Below are positions 41,870 through 53,047 of a stretch of 63,973 nucleotides of DNA, piece by piece (the first letter of the stretch is position 1; the number at the start of each line of letters is the position of its first letter). The position numbers and the translations under genes are program-made. The notes under the pieces are model-generated. The model saw nothing but the letters and a program-made list of their open reading frames with translations, did not search any database and had not been told where the DNA came from. Source of the stretch: Nitrospirota bacterium (GTDB lineage Bacteria; Nitrospirota; Thermodesulfovibrionia; Thermodesulfovibrionales; SM23-35); the NCBI GenBank assembly GCA_013388435.1, contig JACAFE010000030.1:1-63973 (forward strand), written 5' to 3'.

Positions 41870-41898
41870 TTGAAATAAGAAATAAAAACGTGTATTAT
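41870..41898 (+). promoter_or_regulatory. Candidate sigma70 promoter for thrS
   Basis: TTGAAA, 17-bp spacer, TATTAT. The AT-rich context lowers specificity. Confidence 0.4.
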
Positions 41899-41959
41899 AT
41901 TAACTATCAGAACAACAAAATATTTAAGGAGGGTTATTAATTTATTAATATTTTTTCCT

Positions 41960-43687
41960 ATGGAAGATCTTAATACCTACCGTCATAGTACATCTCATGT
42001 AATGGCACATGCAGTAAAAAGACTATTCCCTGAAGCAAAACTTGCAATAGGTCCTGCTATTGAAGAAGGTTTCTATTATGACTTTGACATTGATAAACCT
42101 TTCACTCCTGAAGACCTCGCATCTATTGAAAAAGAGATGAAAGCAATTATAAAGAAAAATTACCCTTTTGTTAAAAAAACTATATCAAGAGAAGATGCTC
42201 TGAAAATGTTCAAAGAAAAGGGCGAAATTTATAAAGTTGAACTTCTTGAAGAAATAACTGATTCCGAGGTCAGTCTTTATGAAGACGGTGATTTTGTTGA
42301 TTTATGCAGGGGGCCTCACATTGAATCAACCGGACAGATAAAGGCATTTAAACTATTAAGTGTTGCAGGAGCATACTGGCGGGGAAATGAAAAAAACAAA
42401 ATGCTACAGAGAATTTATGGCACTTCATTTACAGACCCGGAAGAATTAAAGAAATATCTCTCTTTTTTAGAAGAAGTAAAAAAGAGAGACCACAGAAAAC
42501 TCGGTAAAGATCTCGATCTCTTCAGTACTACAGATGAGATAGGAGCAGGGCTAATAATCTGGCATCCTTATGGAGCTTTAATAAGGAGAACTATAGAAGA
42601 TTTCTGGCTTAATGAACATTATAAAGCAGGTTACAACACTTTATATTCGCCTCATATCGCAAAGCTCAATCTATGGAAAACAAGCGGACACACAGAATTT
42701 TATAAGGATAACATGTATTCACCGATGGAGATAGACGGGATTGAGTATGAAATTAAACCAATGAATTGTCCCTTCCATCTCCATGTTTATAAGTCTTCTT
42801 TAAGAAGCTATAAAGATTTACCAATCAGATATGCTGAATTGGGAACAGTTTATAGATATGAACGTTCAGGAGTTTTACATGGACTTCTCAGAGTCAGAGG
42901 CTTTACACAGGACGATGCTCATATATTCTGCAGGGAAGATCAGATAGAAGATGAGATATTAAATGTTCTTGATTTTACTATATTTATCTTAAAAACTTTT
43001 GGATTTGAAAAATATGATATATATCTTTCAACAAGACCAGAAAAATATGTAGGAACAAATGAAAACTGGGAACGCTCAACAAATGCTCTTAAAAGAGCCC
43101 TCGAAATAAAAGGTCTTTCCTTTCAGGAAGACCCGGGAGAGGGAGTTTTCTACGGGCCAAAGATCGATATTAAAGTGAAAGACGCTCTTAACAGACCCTG
43201 GCAGTGCAGTACAATACAGGTAGATTTTAATAATCCCGAAAGATTTGATATTACTTATAGAGGAAGTGATGGAAAAGAACACAGGCCTATTATGATACAT
43301 AGAGCGCTTATGGGATCGCTGGAAAGATTTTTTGGGATATTGATAGAACACTATGCAGGAGCATTTCCTTTATGGCTTTCACCTGTGCAGGTTAAAGTTC
43401 TTACAATAGCTGAAAGGCATAAAGATTATGCTGACAAAGTTTTTAATCTCTTAAAAGGTGAAGGGATACGTGTTGAGATTGATTTTGAAAATGAGAAGAT
43501 TGGTTACAAAATAAGAAATGCCACTATTATGAAGGTGCCTTATTTGATTATAATAGGCGATAAAGAAGTTTCTGAAAACAAAATAACTGTCAGGAAACGT
43601 TCAGGTGAAAATGAAGGACCTCTATCTATAAGTGAATTTACAGAAAAACTGAAAAATAAAATAAAGCAGAAAGAAATAGATTTATAA
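41960..43687 (+). CDS. thrS: Threonine--tRNA ligase (lacks the N-terminal TGS domain)
   Basis: Motifs [44 protein letters not shown] and HRA. Confidence 0.97.
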   Translation: MEDLNTYRHSTSHVMAHAVKRLFPEAKLAIGPAIEEGFYYDFDIDKPFTPEDLASIEKEMKAIIKKNYPFVKKTISREDALKMFKEKGEIYKVELLEEITDSEVSLYEDGDFVDLCRGPHIESTGQIKAFKLLSVAGAYWRGNEKNKMLQRIYGTSFTDPEELKKYLSFLEEVKKRDHRKLGKDLDLFSTTDEIGAGLIIWHPYGALIRRTIEDFWLNEHYKAGYNTLYSPHIAKLNLWKTSGHTEFYKDNMYSPMEIDGIEYEIKPMNCPFHLHVYKSSLRSYKDLPIRYAELGTVYRYERSGVLHGLLRVRGFTQDDAHIFCREDQIEDEILNVLDFTIFILKTFGFEKYDIYLSTRPEKYVGTNENWERSTNALKRALEIKGLSFQEDPGEGVFYGPKIDIKVKDALNRPWQCSTIQVDFNNPERFDITYRGSDGKEHRPIMIHRALMGSLERFFGILIEHYAGAFPLWLSPVQVKVLTIAERHKDYADKVFNLLKGEGIRVEIDFENEKIGYKIRNATIMKVPYLIIIGDKEVSENKITVRKRSGENEGPLSISEFTEKLKNKIKQKEIDL

Positions 43688-43692
43688 AAATT

Positions 43693-43713
43693 AAGGAATC
43701 ATTGATTCCTTTT
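43693..43713 (+). terminator. Weak hairpin between thrS and infC
   Basis: AAGGAATC-ATT-GATTCCTT followed by a short T run. Confidence 0.35.
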
Positions 43714-43762
43714 ATAAGGATAAGGTTATAACTAACTTTATCTAAATAATGGAGGTGATAAT

Positions 43763-44257
43763 ATAATAAAGGATATCAAAGTAAACGAACAAATCAGGGC
43801 AAAGGAAGTCAGACTGATAGATGTTGATGGCAGTCAACTCGGAATTGTTCCAATAAACGAGGCATTAAAAATAGCTGAAAATCGCGAACTTGATTTAGTT
43901 GAGGTAGCCCCAAATGTATCACCACCTGTCTGTAAAATCCTTGATTTTGGTAAATATCGCTATCAATTGAGCAAAAAACAGACACAGAGAAAAACAATCG
44001 ATGTTAAAGAAGTTAAGATTCGTCCTCAGATTACAGATAATGACCTCGGACTTAAAGTAAAAAGCATAAGACGTTTTCTTGATGAAGGGAATAAAGCCAA
44101 GGTAACCATGTATTTTAGAGGAAGAGAAATTATAAGACCTGAAATTGGCATGAAAGTATTTGAGAAAATCGGGCAACTTCTCACTGGAAAGTTTAATATA
44201 GAACAAATGCCCAGGCTCGAAGGTAATCATATTACAATGGTTATAGCTCCCAAATAA
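43763..44257 (+). CDS. infC: Translation initiation factor IF-3 with a non-canonical ATA start
   Basis: SD GGAGGTG at 43751..43757, then in-frame ATA ATA AAG GAT ATC AAA GTA AAC GAA CAA ATC AGG (VNEQIR...LDLVEVAP...CKILDFGKY...KEVKIRP). The ORF track only caught the C-terminal part, from 43967. Confidence 0.92.
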   Translation: MIKDIKVNEQIRAKEVRLIDVDGSQLGIVPINEALKIAENRELDLVEVAPNVSPPVCKILDFGKYRYQLSKKQTQRKTIDVKEVKIRPQITDNDLGLKVKSIRRFLDEGNKAKVTMYFRGREIIRPEIGMKVFEKIGQLLTGKFNIEQMPRLEGNHITMVIAPK

Positions 44258-44379
44258 GGATTTCTATAAGTTCAAAAATAGTTATCAGATATTTTTCGGG
44301 TTTAAAAAACTTAGGGGTTTTTTTGTTTTTGACAATAAAAAGTTTCTGAATTAACTATTTTTAATTTAAAATCTATGCA

Positions 44380-44409
44380 TTGCTCAAAATTTTTGAATTT
44401 TGTTATAAT
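44380..44409 (+). promoter_or_regulatory. Candidate extended -10 promoter for rpmI-rplT-pheS
   Basis: TTGCTC, 18-bp spacer, and TGtTATAAT. Confidence 0.5.
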
Positions 44410-44471
44410 AAGTGTTCTAAAATAGAATATCTTGTTTTAATTTATAAAGAATAAATTATCCGGAGGGAAAA

Positions 44472-44669
44472 ATGCCAAAACTTAAAACACACAGAGGTGC
44501 TGCTAAAAGACTTAAAGTTACAGGCACCGGAAAAATAAAGAAGCATAGCGGTTATAAGAGCCATCTTCTTACCGGCAAATCATCAAGAAGAACAAGAAGA
44601 TTAAGAACCGCTTCTTTAGTTGTTAAAAGTGATATGGAAAGAATGAAAAGGCTATTGCCTTATATGTAA
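44472..44669 (+). CDS. rpmI: 50S ribosomal protein L35
   Basis: [13 protein letters not shown]...HLL. Confidence 0.96.
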   Translation: MPKLKTHRGAAKRLKVTGTGKIKKHSGYKSHLLTGKSSRRTRRLRTASLVVKSDMERMKRLLPYM

Positions 44670-44724
44670 AAAATTAAATTAAATAGAGGAATATATTTTT
44701 CCTTGCAGTTAAGGAGGTTTTCAA

Positions 44725-45072
44725 ATGCCGAGGGCAAAAGGTGGTTTTAAAACAAGACGTAGAAGAAAAAAGATATTAGAAAGAGCAAAAGGCTTTTATG
44801 GTGCTAAGAGCAGACTTTATAGAATAGCTACTGAAGCTGTTGATAAAGCAATGCAATATTCTTACAGAGACCGTAGAGCAAAAAAACGTGAATTCAGATC
44901 TTTATGGATTATAAGAATTAATGCTGCATTAAGAGCGTTGGGACTTACTTACAGTCAATTTATGTCAAAAATAAAGAAAGCAAATATAACACTGAACAGA
45001 AAAGCAATAGCTGATATGGCTTATAATGATCCCGCAGCATTCAATCAGCTTGTTGAAAAAGTAAAGAGCTAA
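44725..45072 (+). CDS. rplT: 50S ribosomal protein L20
   Basis: MPRAKGG...[22 protein letters not shown]. Confidence 0.97.
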   Translation: MPRAKGGFKTRRRRKKILERAKGFYGAKSRLYRIATEAVDKAMQYSYRDRRAKKREFRSLWIIRINAALRALGLTYSQFMSKIKKANITLNRKAIADMAYNDPAAFNQLVEKVKS

Positions 45073-45078
45073 AATATC

Positions 45079-46092
45079 GTGGATGACCTTTTAGTTTTAA
45101 AAGATTCTTTTATTAATGACTCGCTCACTGTTAGCTCCCTGCCCGAGTTACAACAGATAAAAATAAAGTATCTCGGTAAAAAGGGAATTGTAACAGCAAA
45201 GCTAAAAGCCCTTTCTTCTGTTTCTGCTGAAATCAGGCCATTATATGGCAAAACAATCAACGAAATAAAAAAATTTATTGAGACAGAATTAGACAAAAAA
45301 GAAGAAGAACTAAAAAGAGAAGAACACAAAAAGCGTATACTTTCAGAAGCAATAGATATAACACTGCCAGGGAAATATACTCATCCTGGCAGGGAACACC
45401 CAATAAATAAAGTCTTATATGAAATCACTTCTATTTTTACATCTATGGGATTTGAGATTGAGGAAGGACCTGAAGTTGAATTGGATTACTATAATTTTGA
45501 AGCCCTTAATATTCCCAGAGATCATCCTGCAAGGGATATGCAGGATACTTTTTATATTTCTGAAGATGTAGTTCTTAGAACACATACTTCCCCTGTACAG
45601 GTAAGAGTTATGGAAAAGAGGAAACCACCTTTAAAAATTATAGCTCCCGGGAAAGTTTACAGATGTGATGCCGATGTTTCCCACACCCCGATGTTCCACC
45701 AGGTTGAAGGGTTTATGGTTGATAAAAATATAGCCTTTAGTGATCTTAAGGGAGTTCTTGAAATATTTATACATAGTATTTTTGGATCAGACACCCCTGT
45801 TAGATTTAGACCAAGTTTTTTTCCATTTACAGAACCAAGCGCCGAAGTAGATATAGGTTGTATATTCTGTTCTGGAAAAGGTTGTAGAGTGTGTAAATCA
45901 ACAGGATGGCTTGAAATACTCGGTTCAGGTATGATAAATCCAAAAGTCTTTGAATTTGCAGGATATAGCCCTGATGAATACACTGGTTTTGCTTTTGGAA
46001 TGGGTGTTGAAAGAATTACCATGCTTAAATATTCTATTGATGATATAAGACTTTTCTTTGAAAATGATCTCAGGTTCTTAACCCAGTTTTAA
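45079..46092 (+). CDS. pheS: Phenylalanine--tRNA ligase alpha subunit
   Basis: Motifs [28 protein letters not shown] and [13 protein letters not shown] start. pheT is not adjacent. Confidence 0.97.
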   Translation: MDDLLVLKDSFINDSLTVSSLPELQQIKIKYLGKKGIVTAKLKALSSVSAEIRPLYGKTINEIKKFIETELDKKEEELKREEHKKRILSEAIDITLPGKYTHPGREHPINKVLYEITSIFTSMGFEIEEGPEVELDYYNFEALNIPRDHPARDMQDTFYISEDVVLRTHTSPVQVRVMEKRKPPLKIIAPGKVYRCDADVSHTPMFHQVEGFMVDKNIAFSDLKGVLEIFIHSIFGSDTPVRFRPSFFPFTEPSAEVDIGCIFCSGKGCRVCKSTGWLEILGSGMINPKVFEFAGYSPDEYTGFAFGMGVERITMLKYSIDDIRLFFENDLRFLTQF

Positions 46093-46094
46093 TT

Positions 46095-46466
46095 TTATAT
46101 AATGTATTTATTAATAATCTTAAATAAATCAAAAAAATTTACTGGCTTCTGTACATAATCATCAAACCCAAACTTCAAAAATTCTTCTTTCTGTAAATAT
46201 AGAGAAGTTAACGCTATAGATGGTATATGTTTTGTAGATGGTTCTTCTTTCAGAATTTTTACTGCTTCCAATCCATTCATTACAGGCATTTGAATATCCA
46301 TTAAAATTAAATGGGGTTTTTCTTCTTTTGCCAATTTAATACCTTCTTTTCCATTTGATGCTTTAATTGGATTAAAACCTGCATGTTTCATCAAAGTGCT
46401 GAAAACTTCCAAATTTTCATGACTATCATCAACAATTAATATTTTTTTAGGCGTTTCATTTTCCAT
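46095..46466 (-). CDS. Stand-alone response regulator receiver (CheY/DivK-like)
   Basis: ILIVDD, LMDIQMP (phospho-Asp), ALTS and KP. Confidence 0.9.
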   Translation of the reverse strand: MENETPKKILIVDDSHENLEVFSTLMKHAGFNPIKASNGKEGIKLAKEEKPHLILMDIQMPVMNGLEAVKILKEEPSTKHIPSIALTSLYLQKEEFLKFGFDDYVQKPVNFFDLFKIINKYII

Positions 46467-46636
46467 AAAGATACCCTCTTATTTCAGATGTTAATAATAA
46501 TATATTATTAGCATAAGCTTATTTTTTATTTATTGTCAAGAATAAAATTTAAGGTGATTTTAATAATAAAAAAGCTAATATATAACTGAATGTTATATAT
46601 TAGCTTTAAAGTAATAATTGAAGTTAATTTAAAATA

Positions 46637-47395
46637 TTATTTTGCTTTTTCAATTGTTGTAATTAAAGCATCTGCTTCTTTGTATCCTGGATTTATTACT
46701 CCATTTGGAAGAACTATCGCAGGTGTTCCTCTTATGCCAAGTTTTTCAGCAAGTTTAAGAGTTTCATCTACAGCTTTTCCATCACATTTTGCTTCAGGAA
46801 TATTTTTCTTTGCAAATGCGTCTTCGAGCATTTTTAGAGACTTTTCACAAACTATTGCTTTTGATTTTTCATACGCGCCTTTGTGCATTGGTAAAGGATA
46901 CATTTTGATATAGAAACTTATATCTTTTCTCTTTTCAACAACCTTCTTCATTTCTTCATGTAATCTTGAGCAATATGGACAATCAGGATCGCTAAAAACT
47001 ATTACTTTATATTTAGCATCTTTTTCACCTAATAAAAGCGCATCATCAAGCGGAATAGTTGATGTATCAACCTTATTGAGTTCGCTAATCCTCTCCTGTG
47101 TTAAATTTGTTTTTGTTTTAAGATCAAAAATAGCGCCCTGCATAAAGTACTTTTTTGAATAATCAAGATAAATTAAACCCTTTCTATCACCGGATTGCAC
47201 ATCAATTTCCCATAAACCTTTTATAGGACTTTCTTTTACTTCAAGAATTTTTAAATCAGGAGCAAGGTCTTTGAGAATTTCTAAAGCTTCATCTTTGCCT
47301 GGTATTTTTTCATCAGAAAAACATATTCCTCCAAAGATTAAAAAACAAAATAAAGTAATCATAAAAACCAGAAACTTGTTACGCATTTTCTCCAC
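46637..47395 (-). CDS. dsbC: DsbC-family periplasmic thiol:disulfide isomerase
   Basis: Signal peptide, FSDPDCPYC and GIRGTPA. Confidence 0.85.
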   Translation of the reverse strand: MEKMRNKFLVFMITLFCFLIFGGICFSDEKIPGKDEALEILKDLAPDLKILEVKESPIKGLWEIDVQSGDRKGLIYLDYSKKYFMQGAIFDLKTKTNLTQERISELNKVDTSTIPLDDALLLGEKDAKYKVIVFSDPDCPYCSRLHEEMKKVVEKRKDISFYIKMYPLPMHKGAYEKSKAIVCEKSLKMLEDAFAKKNIPEAKCDGKAVDETLKLAEKLGIRGTPAIVLPNGVINPGYKEADALITTIEKAK

Positions 47396-47522
47396 CTTTC
47401 TTTTTTATTACCCTAACAGAATGTAAGGGTTTGCAAGTTAATTAACAATAGTATTTATAATAAGACATTTATAATATCTTTAACAAGAATAAACTGATTA
47501 ACACTCAAAACGCATTTATTTG

Positions 47523-48584
47523 CTAAAGTTCTTTAAGTTTCTCTGCCTGATAATGGGTAATCAAAGCTTCAATAATTTCATCAATGTCTCCTTCCAAAAC
47601 CCTGTCAAGCTTATGAAGAGTAAGGCCAATTCTATGGTCTGTAACCCTGTTCTGTGGAAAATTATATGTTCTTATCTTTTCACTTCTATCACCGGTGCCT
47701 ACCTGTGATTTTCTTTCCGAGGCTCTCTCCTTTTCCTGGCGTTCCATCTCAATTTCATAAAGTCTTGAACGCAAAACTTTCATAGCTTTTTCTTTGTTTT
47801 TTATCTGAGAGCGTTCATCCTGACATTGAACTATTAAACCTGTTGGAATATGAACGATTCTTACTGCTGAATAAGTTGTATTAACACCCTGGCCTCCGGG
47901 CCCGGATGAACAAAATGTATCAACTCTAAGGTCTTTTTCATCAATTTTTATATCAACATCTTCTGCTTCCGGTAAAACAGCCACTGTTGCAGCAGAGGTA
48001 TGGATTCTTCCTGAAGCTTCTGTTACAGGAACCCTTTGCACTCTATGAACACCACTTTCATATTTAAGACGGCTATATGCATTTTTACCCTGTATAGATA
48101 TAATTACCTCTTTTATACCACCCAACCCGGTAGTATTCAAATCAATTGTTTCTACCTTCCACCTTTTTAATTCAGCATATTTCATATACATCCTCAGGAG
48201 ATCCGAGGCAAATAAGGCAGCCTCTTCTCCGCCAGTGCCTGCTCTTATCTCAAGAAATACGTTTTTCTCATCACGGGGGTCTTTTGGAAGGAGCATTATT
48301 TTTAATTCTTCTTCAACAACAGGTTTTCTCTGCTTGAGTTCATCAAGCTCGGTCTCGGCTAATAAACGCAGTTCTTCATCGCTGCTTTTTAAGAGTTCTT
48401 CTGCATCCTGTATATCTGACAAAATTTTGCTGTATTCCTTTATCTTATCAACTAAAGGTTTCAGGTCAGACTGTTCTTTTGAATACTTCTGAAGTTCTAA
48501 AGGCTTAGATAAAACTGCGGGGTCCATAAGCAGCTTTGTAAGCTCTTCATATTTTTCTTCAATGACTTTTAGTTTTTCAAGCAT
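47523..48584 (-). CDS. prfA: Peptide chain release factor 1
   Basis: Motifs [28 protein letters not shown] and RTYNFPQ. Confidence 0.97.
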   Translation of the reverse strand: MLEKLKVIEEKYEELTKLLMDPAVLSKPLELQKYSKEQSDLKPLVDKIKEYSKILSDIQDAEELLKSSDEELRLLAETELDELKQRKPVVEEELKIMLLPKDPRDEKNVFLEIRAGTGGEEAALFASDLLRMYMKYAELKRWKVETIDLNTTGLGGIKEVIISIQGKNAYSRLKYESGVHRVQRVPVTEASGRIHTSAATVAVLPEAEDVDIKIDEKDLRVDTFCSSGPGGQGVNTTYSAVRIVHIPTGLIVQCQDERSQIKNKEKAMKVLRSRLYEIEMERQEKERASERKSQVGTGDRSEKIRTYNFPQNRVTDHRIGLTLHKLDRVLEGDIDEIIEALITHYQAEKLKEL

Positions 48585-49455
48585 TTTTTTCCTCTAATAT
48601 TAAAACCTCCTGCAGGGCTTTTAATGCAACCTCTATCTGAGATTCATCAGGCTCTCTTGTTGTAAGACGTTGTAAAAGCAATCCAGGTTGTATGAATAAA
48701 TGCATGATTACATTATTTTTCATTTTTGCTGATAGTTTAAGTATTTCATATGAAATACCTGCAATTAAAGGGATAAGAATAATTCTTGAAAGAAATTTAT
48801 AAATAAACAACCATTCCTGAGGGATAAATGAAAAAGTAAAAATACTTATGACCATAACTATCAAAAGAAAGCTTGTACCGCAGCGTGGATGAAGGGGACT
48901 AAAGTTCATAATATTTTTAATTGAAAGGTCCCTGCCATTTTCATATGCATGAATCACTTTATGTTCTGCGCCATGATATTCAAAAATCCGTCTCATTTCT
49001 TTCCACATCCCGACTCCAACAATATAAAGTATGAAAAAAACCACCCTGATAATCCCATCCACTAAATTAAACATAAGAGAATTTTTCGATATAGAATGGA
49101 AAAATATCCCGAGTATTTTTGTCATATAAAGCGGTAATAATATGAACAGTCCTATACCCAATAATATCGAAACAATAATAGTTATACTTATAGAGGCTGG
49201 GCTCAGTTTTTCGTCTTCTTTTTCATCGAATGCTTTATTTGCTGAATATTCTATAGCTTTTATTCCTATCAATAAAGCCTGAAATAGAGCGATAAAACCT
49301 CTTATAATAGGCAATCTGAATAAAAATGGTGTCTCAGAAAGGTTTTCCTTTTTTACATGGATTTCTCCATTAGGGCTTCTGACAGCAACTGTCCAGCCCT
49401 TTTTCCCTTTCATCATTACACCCTCTATAACTGCTTGTCCACCTATGTTTTGCAT
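48577..49455 (-). CDS. DUF1385-family membrane protein
   Basis: Motifs [28 protein letters not shown] and LTTREP. Confidence 0.9.
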   Translation of the reverse strand: MQNIGGQAVIEGVMMKGKKGWTVAVRSPNGEIHVKKENLSETPFLFRLPIIRGFIALFQALLIGIKAIEYSANKAFDEKEDEKLSPASISITIIVSILLGIGLFILLPLYMTKILGIFFHSISKNSLMFNLVDGIIRVVFFILYIVGVGMWKEMRRIFEYHGAEHKVIHAYENGRDLSIKNIMNFSPLHPRCGTSFLLIVMVISIFTFSFIPQEWLFIYKFLSRIILIPLIAGISYEILKLSAKMKNNVIMHLFIQPGLLLQRLTTREPDESQIEVALKALQEVLILEEKNA

Positions 49456-49461
49456 ATAGTC

Positions 49462-49497
49462 AAAAAAAAGCCGTTAGCCAAAGAAGTGACTAACGAC
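49462..49497 (-). terminator. Intrinsic terminator after rpmE
   Basis: Minus strand GTCGTTAGTCA-CTTCTT-TGGCTAACGGC followed by T8 (11-bp stem with G-U pairs). Confidence 0.75.
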
Positions 49498-49515
49498 TTA
49501 TATAAATAAAGATAG

Positions 49516-49737
49516 TTAATTCTTTGTACGGTTTGCTTCTGCTTTTGCGTATTTCTTCTTAAACTTCTCCACCCTTCCTTCTGCATCAACTATTTTTTGT
49601 TTTCCGGTGTAAAACGGGTGGCATTTTGAACATATATCAACATGTATTTTCTGTTTTGTTGATTTAGTTACAAATGTTTCACCACATGCACACTGAACAG
49701 TAACCTCATTATATTGAGGATGAATTCCTTCTTTCAA
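49516..49737 (-). CDS. rpmE: 50S ribosomal protein L31 (Zn-binding type)
   Basis: TTG start after [19 protein letters not shown]...[14 protein letters not shown]. Confidence 0.95.
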   Translation of the reverse strand: MKEGIHPQYNEVTVQCACGETFVTKSTKQKIHVDICSKCHPFYTGKQKIVDAEGRVEKFKKKYAKAEANRTKN

Positions 49738-50031
49738 TTTTGACCTCCCTGAAAAATTTATAATCAATATAATAATAAATTTTGATTATTTTTCGCAATA
49801 GTTTGAAAAAAGTTGTTCATTCAGAATATGAATTTTTTAAAGGTATTTACCCATAAGTTGAAAAAATAAAACATTTATGTTAGTTTAAAATATAAATTAT
49901 AAAAAAGCTCTGACATTTATTGATGCCAGGTTACTTTAGATTAATAAAAAATAAATCATTTGATTTTTCTGATAATATTTTTGTTTGTTTCTTTAAAAAA
50001 GAAAACAGTGTCAAAGTATCAATTTATTTAA

Positions 50032-50775
50032 ATGGAGGCAAAAATGAAAAGTAAACTTGGCATATTTATTATAACCACCCTATTCCTTATCTTTATCTTT
50101 ACATATTCCAATACATGCTTTGCTGCAAATTCATTGAATTTTAATGAAACCTTTCAACAAAGAGGTGATTGTTTTATTTTATGGGGCATTCCATTTTGTG
50201 ACGGTGGTGCTATAAATGGTAAATTTACTATAAATAGTAAAATTTCTCTGAGCGGAATTGATATCAACAAATTTGACCGCGAAACAAAATTCATATTTGA
50301 AATAGGTGGACTATCTTTTGAAACAAAATTAGGTAGTGATTGGAAATATTCTCCCGGTAAAACTGCATTTAACATATCTTATGTTGACAGGCTTGAAGAA
50401 TCTTATAAACCTGTCAAATATATAACTATTAATCTTAAATGGAATAGTAAGCTCTTGACAGTAAAAATTACAGGAATAACTCCTGATTTTATCTCTCCAA
50501 TTGCTGCTGACGCTTATATTGGTGGTGTTTCAGGAAAATTTAATGATAGTACAATCGGTTATTTCACACTCGGAGATGAATTATATGCTGGTTTCAATAT
50601 AAACTATACCGCTACTGTCTCAACAAAAACTGTAAAATCCAAAAACGGCAATGAAACAGTGATTTCCAAAGTTACTATTAAAGGTATAGGCACAGAGACA
50701 TCACAGGACTATAGGAATATTTTCCAGGAAAAACGAGCTTTAAAGAAAAAGTTTATATCAAGCATTTATGAATAA
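50032..50775 (+). CDS. Hypothetical secreted beta-rich protein
   Basis: Signal-peptide-like N-terminus ending CFA. Rich in Thr, Gly and aromatic residues. No family recognised. Confidence 0.6.
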   Translation: MEAKMKSKLGIFIITTLFLIFIFTYSNTCFAANSLNFNETFQQRGDCFILWGIPFCDGGAINGKFTINSKISLSGIDINKFDRETKFIFEIGGLSFETKLGSDWKYSPGKTAFNISYVDRLEESYKPVKYITINLKWNSKLLTVKITGITPDFISPIAADAYIGGVSGKFNDSTIGYFTLGDELYAGFNINYTATVSTKTVKSKNGNETVISKVTIKGIGTETSQDYRNIFQEKRALKKKFISSIYE

Positions 50776-51202
50776 AAAACAGCTTATTCCAGAGGAAGAA
50801 TTAAAAAAACTATTAAATCAAGTTGATATTTCTGATTCCATAAAAACTCTAATAAAAGAAGCCGATGAGTTATTTCGTGATAATAAATTGATATCGGCAC
50901 AGGAAAAACTCTCAAATGCACTTGATTTTATTCCTGATAATCTCCATTTGCTAAATGCTTATGGAAATTTACTTCTTCATATCGGAGAACCCGAATATGC
51001 TGCTTTTGAATTTGTTAAAATTGCTGTTTTTGATAAAAATTTTGCACTTAATCATTTAAATCCTGATGCGCTTTTGCTTGTTGCCGAAAACTATCTTAAG
51101 ATAGATGACCCGGTTACAGCATCTTTAATATATAAAAGAGTTCTTGAAATTGAACCCTATAATGAAAAAGCTAAACAGCAACTTGAGATTATTCAAACAT
51201 AG
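50768..51202 (+). CDS. Small TPR protein
   Basis: Two TPR-like units (A...P.N..LLNAYGNLL; YKRVLEIEPYN). Overlaps the upstream stop. Confidence 0.65.
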   Translation: MNKKQLIPEEELKKLLNQVDISDSIKTLIKEADELFRDNKLISAQEKLSNALDFIPDNLHLLNAYGNLLLHIGEPEYAAFEFVKIAVFDKNFALNHLNPDALLLVAENYLKIDDPVTASLIYKRVLEIEPYNEKAKQQLEIIQT

Positions 51203-51276
51203 TGTTTATATTTTAACTTCTTTAACATTACCTTTAATAAACTTTTACACTATACTCTAAAAGTTTATTTTACTTC

Positions 51277-51336
51277 AGACACGGACACATAAAACAGATT
51301 TATTTTTGGGCAATATCTGCATTTTTTCGGCTAATC
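51277..51336 (-). repeat. Dispersed short intergenic repeat, copy 6
   Basis: Aligns to copy 2 and shares CCGTGTCTGAA with copy 7. Confidence 0.65.
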
Positions 51337-51381
51337 AGTTAAAATAAAATAAAAGACAATTACCGGAGGTTCTACAAAACA

Positions 51382-53028
51382 ATTTTATACGGCAATATTA
51401 CAGGACTTAAATCAAGTCAGGTAAACTATCTCGAGAGATTATATAGAAGAAAAGTAAGCAGTGAGATAATTACACATGAACTTGCACGCACCCTTACAGA
51501 GATTTCTTTTCAAATTAATCGTCAGGTAGGAATTCTTATAAACAGAGCAGGAATAATAACCCACGTAATTATTGGTGACGCAAAAGGCATTTTTATTCCT
51601 TCTCTTGAAAATTACCCGCTCGGCAAGAAAGCATTAAGAGGCTTAAGACTTATTCACACACATCTTAAACAAGAAAACCTTACTCAGGATGATCTTACTG
51701 ACCTTGCACTCCTCAGACTTGACATGATAGCTGCAATTGGAGTAAAAGACGGTTTGCCAGGAAATTTATTTATTGCTCACCTTCTACCCGGCACTGAAAA
51801 AACAATGGATATTACTTCATACAAAGATTTTTATATGCTTGATTTAAACTTTAACGAATTTATTAGTTCTCTTGAAGAAGAAATGGAAAGAAGCAGAGGG
51901 TTCAGTCATGATGAAAAAAGAGAACGCGCCATTCTTGTAAGCGTATCTACAAAATCAAAATACGAACATGAGGATTCTGTAGAAGAACTCAAAGAACTCG
52001 CAGAATCAAGTGATATTTTGGTTCTCGATACAATTTTGCAGAAGCCCAAGAATATAAACCCAAAATTTCTGATGGGTGAAGGAAAGCTGAAGGAATTGAT
52101 TATTAATGCTTTAAATAAAGGAGCAACTTTACTTGTTTTTGATCAGGAACTTAGTCCTTCACAGATCAAAGCAATAAGCGACCTTACAGAGATTAAAGTC
52201 ATAGACCGTTCACAATTAATTCTTGATATTTTCGCAAGAAGGGCTCATAGTAGAGACGGTAAAGTTCAGGTTGAACTCGCGCAATTAAAATATAGACTTC
52301 CAAGACTTACAGGCAAAGGAACTGCTATGTCACGTCTTATGGGTGGAATAGGCGGGAGAGGACCGGGTGAAATGAAACTCGAAGTTGACAGAAGACGGGT
52401 AAGAGACAGAATAGCTTTACTCGAGAAAAAACTTAAAGAACTTGCCGAAGCAAGAAAACAAAGGAAACACAGGCGCATAGAAACCGGTATTCCGATCGTA
52501 TCCATTATTGGATACACTAACGCAGGCAAATCAACTCTGCTTAATTCATTAACCAGAAGCTATGTTTTCACGGAAAACAAACTTTTCGCGACTCTCGATA
52601 CTTCGAGCAGAAGACTCAGATTTCCAAAAGATAGAGATATTATAATTACCGATACTGTCGGATTTATCAGGGATCTTCCAGAAGACCTTATGGCTGCCTT
52701 TAAATCAACTCTCGAGGAACTTGAGGATGCAGATATGCTTCTTCATATCGTTGATATTTCTAATCCAAGATTTGAGCAGCATATTGAATCAGTTGAAAAT
52801 ATACTCAGACAACTCGGGCTTATCGAAAAACCAAGACTTCTTGTATTCAACAAGATTGATAAAGTCAGCCAGGAAGAAGTCAGCAATCTTAAGATGCGTT
52901 ATAATGCCATTGCAATTTCAGCACTGAATCCTTCGACATTCATGGAACTGCTGGATGCAATAGAAATAAATATCTGGGGTCTAAAACAACAAAATTACCA
53001 GGACGTTTTAAAATCAATTAAAGTCTGA
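51382..53028 (+). CDS. hflX: GTPase HflX, long form with N-terminal extension and probable ATT start
   Basis: Motifs [34 protein letters not shown] and NKID. The frame is open for 114 codons upstream of the ATG at 51724 (YGNITGLK...LERLYRRK...HTH...[12 protein letters not shown]), behind a GGAGG SD. Confidence 0.88.
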   Translation: MLYGNITGLKSSQVNYLERLYRRKVSSEIITHELARTLTEISFQINRQVGILINRAGIITHVIIGDAKGIFIPSLENYPLGKKALRGLRLIHTHLKQENLTQDDLTDLALLRLDMIAAIGVKDGLPGNLFIAHLLPGTEKTMDITSYKDFYMLDLNFNEFISSLEEEMERSRGFSHDEKRERAILVSVSTKSKYEHEDSVEELKELAESSDILVLDTILQKPKNINPKFLMGEGKLKELIINALNKGATLLVFDQELSPSQIKAISDLTEIKVIDRSQLILDIFARRAHSRDGKVQVELAQLKYRLPRLTGKGTAMSRLMGGIGGRGPGEMKLEVDRRRVRDRIALLEKKLKELAEARKQRKHRRIETGIPIVSIIGYTNAGKSTLLNSLTRSYVFTENKLFATLDTSSRRLRFPKDRDIIITDTVGFIRDLPEDLMAAFKSTLEELEDADMLLHIVDISNPRFEQHIESVENILRQLGLIEKPRLLVFNKIDKVSQEEVSNLKMRYNAIAISALNPSTFMELLDAIEINIWGLKQQNYQDVLKSIKV

Positions 53029-53047
53029 ACCTTCAGGAGAAGTTAAA

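Noticed and set aside
41960-46092. ThrRS lacking the TGS domain and pheS without an adjacent pheT
   Set aside because: Both are known variants in bacteria. The catalytic motifs are intact and pheT can lie elsewhere.
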